Shown here: piece by piece, positions 46,567-53,837 of the stretch | How positions within the stretch are numbered: the first letter of the stretch is position 1 | Layout of the letters: each line of letters opens with the position of its first letter | DNA from: Mesotaenium endlicherianum | Lineage: Eukaryota | Assembly: GCA_009602735.1 (NCBI GenBank) | Contig: WELA01002296.1 | Coordinates: 120,564 to 174,400 of the forward strand | Direction: 5' to 3' | Length of the DNA: 53,837 bases | Notes under the pieces: generated by a model | What the model was told of the DNA's origin: nothing | The model's database searches: none | The model's input: only the letters and a program-made list of their open reading frames with translations | Made by a program: the position numbers and the translations under genes

Positions 46567-49500
46567 ACAAGTTTTCTTCAGGCTGCGTGATCGTCAAATC
46601 CGACCTTTCAGAGGAAGGAATCAACGCGCGTCGAAGGAATCAACGTGGCTGTTGTCTGTCGCATGCGCATCCCCTGCCCCCCCTTCCTTTTCCCCTCGCC
46701 CCTGCTCCTGCGCCACCGCACGCCCTGCGTGTCTCCCGTACCCCTCGTCAAGTCAGCGGCTACATCTGGCTCCCTCCACTCCCCTGAGGAGTGGGGCAAG
46801 GTTGCCCCGCTCATCACAAGCCAGCCGCTCTCGTCTCAGCATTAACGAATCACAGCCGCCCATACAGGCCATGGGCACACCCTTGCCACGCACCAGTCAC
46901 CCTCAGACGTTAGAGGCACAACCATAACCACCCCTAGCTACAGACTAGCCACGTTATAGTCACGCCGTAGCCACCCGTACGCGTTATAAGCACAAATAGT
47001 CACCCGTAGCCACACAATGCCACACCAATTAGCCCTACCGATTAGCCCCACTGTAGCCGCGCGCTGACCACACCATAGCCACGCCATGGCCACGCCAGAG
47101 CCACGCAACGGCCACCCCTGGGCACACACCCATCAGTCATGCCAATGCCACGTCCCAGCCACTCATTGGCTCAGCCACTCGTTGGCACAAGGAACCATAG
47201 CCGCACCAATGCTACCTTTGAGGTGTCGCTTTGAAGTGCAAAGGGCGAGGGCAAGCGCAAAGGGCGAGCGCAAGCACAAAGGGCGAGGGCGAGGGCGAGG
47301 GCGGGGGTCCCCCCTGCATCATCGAGACGCCACAGTCGACCACTTTGGAGTAGAAGGGGCGGCGTCCGGGCTCGCATCGTTGAGTTGCACCGCAGCCGCT
47401 CGGGCGAGCGCAAGGATGCCGACCCAATGCGGGCACGCTCGGCGCGCTCCGTTGACTTGCACCGCTGCCGCTTGGACAAGGCGAGAGCGCAGACTCGGCA
47501 CGTTTGGCGCGCTCGGCGCGCGCCGCCGCCGCTCTGAAGCGGGAGGCGGGGGGCCCGCAGAGCCTCGAGGCGTCGTTGCGATCTTACCAACGCCCCCTCC
47601 ACCTGCCTCGCATCGCTTTATGAAGGACCATTTTTCTCTCGCTCCTGGGCCATCCCTCTGCTGAGGCTACGAGACTGGCGCCCTCTCGCAGTTCCCTCCT
47701 CAGTCCCTTCCTGTCGCTTGCTTTGCTTCGGCTCTGCTTTGGCTCTGCTTCGAGGCTGAGAGACAGACGCCCCCTCCTCGCAGGCGCACCCCCGTCGCTC
47801 GCTAGCGTTGCTTCGGCTCTGCTTCTTTGACAGCGGAGGCCCAGGGACAGACACCCCCCCCCCCGGGCAGTGAGCACATGCACCCCTCGCGCCCCTCCTC
47901 CTGGGTTAGGGTTAGCTGCCTTCCTAATGACCTCCAGAAGATGGCTCTGAGGGCACGCAGGACCTCTTCGCTGCAGGCGTGCGTGCGCGCGGGCGCGCGG
48001 GCGTGTGGGTGTGCGAGCGTGCGAACAAGTGCCTGAAGCGTTCTGCTTTGTTGAGATGAGCCGAGATTTACTCGGAAAGAGCCGCCCCCCTCCCCCTCCC
48101 CCCCCTCCNNNNNNNNNNNNNNNNNNNNNNNNNNNNNNNNNNNNNNNNNNNNNNCCCCTTCTTGTGAAGCCCCCCCCCCTTAGGTCTTTCCCGGAGGCCA
48201 TCCCCATCCCCGCTGCCATGGCCATGGCTATGGGAACGGGAAAGGCTAATGTCCTACGAGCCATGGCCATGGCCGCCGTTGCCCTTGAATCAGCGGGCCG
48301 CTCCTCCAGTCATCTGTGCCCGCTCCGCGCGTTCATGTGCGCCCAGACAGGCTGGTGGCTGTGCACCTCTGCGCGCGCGTGCGCGCATGCTGGCCCTTTG
48401 CCCTCTCGCACGCGAGCCTCCTTTTGCCAGCCGCCGCGACGGCGATGGTGCCGCCGCACGCGCCGGTTGGCCGGATGGCCAGTCGGCCGGGCGGCTGATG
48501 TGCCACCTCGTGCTTGTGTGGGTGCGTGTGGGTGCTCTTGCGCGCCCCGCCGGGCTGCTGACGAGTGCGTGGTTGCTTGTGCGCGTGCTTGCTGGGGGAT
48601 GGATGGATGGATGGATGTGGATGGGTATGCATGCAGGGGTGGATTTTTGTGTTTGCTCTCCTGGGGATCGCTCCGCTGGCAGAGAGGCTGGGATACGTCA
48701 CCGAGTGAGAAATCTCTCCCCCCCCCCCCCGTCCGNGCTGCAGCTCAGACCTCAGCTCAGACCTCAGCTCAGAGTTTGAGGGAGTTGAGGAGAGCCGCAT
48801 CTCTGCCGGGCATGCTCGCGTTCATCCCGTTGGGAGAAGCTTTTCCTGAAGCAGCCTGCCCTGCGCAGTGTGTGCTCCTTTCATTATACCTGCAGATCCT
48901 TACCCCGAGTCACATTGCTCTGGCTGTCGCTGGTCCGAGCTGTCGCTGCGTCCTCTCAAGTCCCTGACTCTGGAATTTTTGCTCTCTTGGTCGGCAAACC
49001 CTTGCATGGTGTACCTCTCGCACCCCCCCGCTGTGGGGAAGGGCTGGGCTGCGTAAGGTGGAGTAGGGAGGAGGAGGGGGGGGAGGAAGGGGAGGAGGGA
49101 GGAGGGGGAGGAGAAGAGGAGGAAGGGGGGGGAGGAGGAGGAGGAGGAAGAGGAGGAGGAAGAGGAGGAGGAAATGGAGAGGGGAGAGGTAGGGCACGAA
49201 GGGGGCGGAGGAGGGGGCGGGGAGGGTGTAGTACGTGGACTTTTTTGGATATAAGCTGACAGAATACTCTTTTCTCTTTGGGGTGTGTGTGCGTGCGTTT
49301 GTGCACGGTGCAGACAGCTGGCGCAGTTCACCGGCCCTACTGGTAGGCTGCCACTTGTCTCACTGTCCCTCCACTTGTTTGCATATGCTTTGCTTACGAC
49401 ACGTGCTTGCATGGCGAGTCTGCGTGATGCCTGTTGCGCTCGAGGTTTGCCTACCTGCAATATGCATCGTCACGTGTAAGTATGAGTATGTAGATGATGT

Positions 49501-49606
49501 GCACAAGAACGGCTGTGGACCCACAAGTGTGCGTGCTCCCTGACGGATACACATGTATCAAACTATAGGTTCATGCGTGTGTACGTGTACACCTGCACAC
49601 ACACAC

Positions 49607-49680
<74 letters not shown>

Positions 49681-50824
49681 NNNNNNNNNNNNNNNNNNNN
49701 NNNNNNNNNNNNNNNNNNNNNNNNNNNNNNNNNNNNNNNNNNNNNNNNNNNNNNNNNNNNNNNNNNNNNNNNNNNNNNNNNNNNNNNNNNNNNNNNNNNN
49801 NNNNNNNNNNNNNNNNNNNNNNNNNNNNNNNNNNNNNNNNNNNNNNNNNNNNNCCCCCTCCCCGTCCCCTCTCTCTTTTGCTCTCTCTCTTTCTCTCTCT
49901 CCTTCTTGCTCTCTCTCCTCTTCTCCCTCTCCCTCTCTCCCCCCCTCACCTTCCGCTGCAGCTCAGACCTCAGCTCAGACCTCAGCTCAGAGTTTGAGGG
50001 AGTTGAGGAGAGCCGCATCTCTGCCGGGCATGCTCGCGTTCATCCCGTTGGGAGAAGCTTTTCCTGAAGCAGCCTGCCCTGCGCAGTGTGTGCTCCTTTC
50101 ATTATACCTGCAGATCCTTACCCCGAGTCACATTGCTCTGGCTGTCGCTGGTCCGAGCTGTCGCTGCGTCCTCTCAAGTCCCTGACTCTGGAATTTTTGC
50201 TCTCTTGGTCGGCAAACCCTTGCATGGTGTACCTCTCGCACCCCCCCGCTGTGGGGAAGGGCTGGGCTGCGTAAGGTGGAGTAGGGAGGAGGAGGGGGGG
50301 GAGGAAGGGGAGGAGGGAGGAGGGGGAGGAGAAGAGGAGGAAGGGGGGGGAGGAGGAGGAGGAGGAAGAGGAGGAGGAAGAGGAGGAGGAAATGGAGAGG
50401 GGAGAGGTAGGGCACGAAGGGGGCGGAGGAGGGGGCGGGGAGGGTGTAGTACGTGGACTTTTTTGGATATAAGCTGACAGAATACTCTTTTCTCTTTGGG
50501 GTGTGTGTGCGTGCGTTTGTGCACGGTGCAGACAGCTGGCGCAGTTCACCGGCCCTACTGGTAGGCTGCCACTTGTCTCACTGTCCCTCCACTTGTTTGC
50601 ATATGCTTTGCTTACGACACGTGCTTGCATGGCGAGTCTGCGTGATGCCTGTTGCGCTCGAGGTTTGCCTACCTGCAATATGCATCGTCACGTGTAAGTA
50701 TGAGTATGTAGATGATGTGCACAAGAACGGCTGTGGACCCACAAGTGTGCGTGCTCCCTGACGGATACACATGTATCAAACTATAGGTTCATGCGTGTGT
50801 ACGTGTACACCTGCACACACACAC

Positions 50825-50898
<74 letters not shown>

Positions 50899-50899
50899 N

Positions 50900-50983
<84 letters not shown>

Positions 50984-53640
50984 ACACACACGCACGCACG
51001 CGCACACACACACACAATCCTCCTCTTCCCCTCAGCCCGCAAAGGGTTGACTCGCATCGCAGCCGCAAATCGAAGGCAGTCGCCGATGCGGGGGAGTGGG
51101 CGTGGGCTCGCTCGCTCTCGCGATATGGGACTCTTGCGTGTCAAAGTGGGCCAAAGCTCCAGAGCAGTCCAAAGAAGGAGAAGAAGAGGGAGCGGGCCAG
51201 GGTGGGCCGTGCGGGCAGTGAGTAATCAGCGGTGGTTGCCGGGGTACTACGCAGGGGTAGCAAGCACACAGAATAAAAAGAGCACCCGAAAGCGCAAAAG
51301 AAAGCGCGCCAGGGCTTTGCCAGCTCTCAGCAGTGGGCAGCCGGCAGTCGGCAGCCGGCAGTGGGCAGCCGGCAGTCGGCAGTGGGAAGCCAGCAGTCGG
51401 CAGTGGGAAGCCGGCAGTGGGCAGTGGGCAGTCGGCAGTGGGCAGTTGGCAGTAGTCGCCAGTGGGCAGTCGCCAGTGGGCAGTCGGCAGCGGGCAGTTG
51501 GCAATGGGTAGTTCTCAGCAGCGGACAGTCAGCAATGGGCAGTTTCAGCAGCGAGCAGTCGGCAATGGACAGGCGGCAGTGGGTAGTCAGGGGGAGCAGT
51601 CTGTGGTGAGGCCTAGGGAGAGACGGCACAAGCCGGGGTGGCCTGGGGCACTCAGAGGAGGCGACAGACAGGCCGAGGGAGCACCCGAAGGCAAAATGTC
51701 TTGAGCTGGGGCTTTGTGAGCAGGGAGCCTTTTGGCACAGTGGGAGAGTGGCTCAGTGGCACGGGGGCACAGTGGGAGGCAGTGGCACGGTGGGAGCGTG
51801 GGACAGGGGGACAGAGGGACAGTGGCACTGTGGGACAGTGGCACAGTGTATGGGCTGCGGCGGCCTGGGGTACCGGGAGGGTACAGACAGAGAGAGGGGA
51901 GGAGGGAGGGGGGGAGAGAGAGAGAGAGCACGCACTCAAGCTGGTGGCACAAGGTAGGGGGGTGGAAAACGTGAAAGGCGGAAGGAGCTTCGGTAGAAGA
52001 GTGTGAGCTTTGGGACGGCTTCCAAGCCAGAAAGAGCGCAGCGAGCACCGACGCTGGCGGGAATGGGAGGAGCTTCGGGGGAAGAGTGCGAGCTTCGGGG
52101 TGGCTTCTTTCGGGCCCGAAAGAATGCAGCGAGCGGAGAGCGCCCGCGCTGGTGGGAAGCTTGGGGGGGGGTGGAAAGGCGGGAAGAGGAGCCTGGAGTG
52201 AAGGGAAGCACTTGCTGGGAGGAGGGCTTTTCTGTCTGAGCCGGGATGAGGGCAGCGAGGTGTGCGTCCCCCTTCATCGTGAGGAGAAAGGGAGGGGCAA
52301 ACAGGGCAAGGACCGGGGCGATTCTGCTCATTCTCCTAGAAGGGGGGTGAGGGTGGGGAGGAACGACAGGTGCTTGGCTCGCAGATGACCTGAGGGAGAA
52401 AAGGGAGGGGAAGCTTCGAAAGTGGACGAAGATCGAGCTGAAACTGGAGAAAAGGAGAAGCCAGGAGAAGCATGAAAAAGGGTAAAACCTGCTGGCACTT
52501 TCCATACAGGATAGAGTGAGTGCCAGTAAATGATGGCCACATCAGTCCAAAGTAGCCAATCAGTAGCAAAAGACAATACCACGTCAGATCAGAGGCTGGA
52601 AAAACAATAGATATTTTATATATTGCCCAGGAAAGCCCTTGACTGCCCGATGGGTTCGTTTTGGGGGGCAAGCCTAAGTACGCCACAATAAATTATCCAT
52701 GTTTCTCGCAGTACACGTTTATCATTTCGAAGTCGAATTATGATACTATTATTTAACCATACTCTACGGTTGTAAACTTAGGCAATGATTTTAATTGTAT
52801 ACATCATTACAAAATGACCATTTGTTCCGGTCAAGCAGCGTGCGTGCGTGCCAGTGTTGAACATGATCGTTTACGGCCCTCGGTTTCCTTCNGGAAGCGG
52901 GTGCGTGTGTGCCAGCATGAGCGCATGCATGCACTCGCGCGTGAACTTAAGCGATGCCCCCTTGCACGTCACCCTGGGGGGCTGCTGAGCGCCCCCCTCT
53001 CCTCTCCTCCCTTTCTAGCCAACCTACTGACCCCTAGGTCTCTGCAACCTCCTCCCGGCTGCCCCTCCCGCTGCCCGCCGCCCGTGCCTGTGCCCCCCTG
53101 CGGCCCCGCTCCCGGCCCCTGGGCCTTCCTCTGCCCTTGCTGCCGCTGTCGCTGTCGCCATGCGACAGCTGGCGGGCTGCTGCACGCCTTCTCTCCTCCC
53201 TTTTTGTTAACTTCTACTGACCTCTGGCTCGTTTTCCCTCCTCCTCCTCGCTGTTGCTTCTTCCTCTGCCCGTCCGCCCCGGCTTCCTTTCCACCGCTCC
53301 TCTGCCGCTGCCCCTGCCCCCCTCTGCTGCCGCCGCCTCCGCTGCCGCCCCTGCCCCCCTGCTGCTGCGGCCACCGCTGCTGCCCCTGCCTCTGCCCCCC
53401 CCCCTGCCGCTCCGCCGCCGCCGCTTCTGACGCCACCGCCGCGCAATAGCTGGTGGGCTGCTGAACGCGACGTTCGGGAACGCGACGGAGATCATAATCT
53501 CCATCTTCGCGCTGCGCGAGGGCCTCGTGCGCGTCGTCCAGCTGTCGCTGCTGGGCTCCATCCTGTCCAACATGCTGCTCGTGCTCGGCTGCGCCTTCCT
53601 CTTTGGCGGCCTCAAGCGCAAGGAGCAAAGGTTCAACAAG
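45802..53640 (+). CDS. CAX: Vacuolar cation (Ca2+)/H+ exchanger, CAX family, 5' exons; continues beyond the window
   Basis: Exons 45802(start codon uncertain)-46188, 48637-48704, 49314-49342 (duplicate at 50532-50560) and 53450-53640; GT-AG with consistent phases 0, 2, 1. Joined peptide: [16 protein letters not shown]...[86 protein letters not shown], which includes the GNATE alpha-1 motif. Confidence 0.95.
48737..50898 (+). repeat. Direct duplication (48737-49680 vs 49955-50898) across an N gap, including the 29-nt CAX exon
   Basis: Identical ORF translations at offset 1218; N gap at 49681-49853; both copies end in (CA)n. Probably an assembly artefact. Confidence 0.9.
51330..51850 (+). repeat. 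Degenerate 7-bp (GGCAGTG/GGCAGTC) and GGCACAGTG-type minisatellites in a CAX intron
   Basis: Visible tandem units at ~51330-51585 and ~51735-51850. Confidence 0.8.
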
Positions 53641-53837
53641 GTACCCACCCCTCCCCCCCCTTCTTCCCTTGGCCCCGTCCCCGGCCCTGGCCCCCCCCAG
53701 TTCCCTCATGCCCTCGCCCCCTTCCTTCCTCCCGTTGGTGACTGATACTTACAAATCATTGAGCAGTGCAGCAACTCCTCCTCACCCCCTCCCTCCCCCC
53801 CTCCCCCGGGCAGCTCAAGCATAGGCTCAGCAAAGCT

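Noticed and set aside
51735..51850. Several CACAGTG/CACTGTG RSS-like heptamers
   Set aside because: They are part of a GGCACAGTG minisatellite in a CAX intron, have no nonamer, and lie more than 20 kb from the transposase.

Overview
Eukaryotic, intron-rich draft-assembly DNA from the green-plant lineage. Plant-type TAF6, CAX and G-patch genes with CA/GA-microsatellite-filled introns suggest a streptophyte alga (inference). Host genes: the 3' part of a GDP1-like G-patch protein (+, 1962-4783), an apparently intronless secreted protein with two Cys-rich domains and a Ser-Pro linker (+, 7281-8413), a complete 12-exon TAF6 (-, 10290-21940) and the 5' part of a CAX cation/H+ antiporter (+, from ~45802). 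Between TAF6 and CAX lies an AT-rich mobile-DNA island (~25.0-42.5 kb). Its most striking content is an uninterrupted 766-aa RAG1-core/Transib-like DDE transposase (26510-28810) with all three catalytic acids and all four zinc ligands. It abuts a convergent, decayed partner ORF tail-to-tail (the RAG1/RAG2 geometry, although the partner is not visibly Kelch/RAG2-like). Next to it is a full-length Ty3/gypsy chromovirus (30637-39455, 5-bp TSD AACGC) with a -1 frameshift signal, a disabled pol and an intact extra 3' ORF preceded by splice-acceptor signals. Two gap-flanked duplications (offsets ~1.2 kb) are probably assembly artefacts. All family assignments come from remembered motifs; no database search was run.
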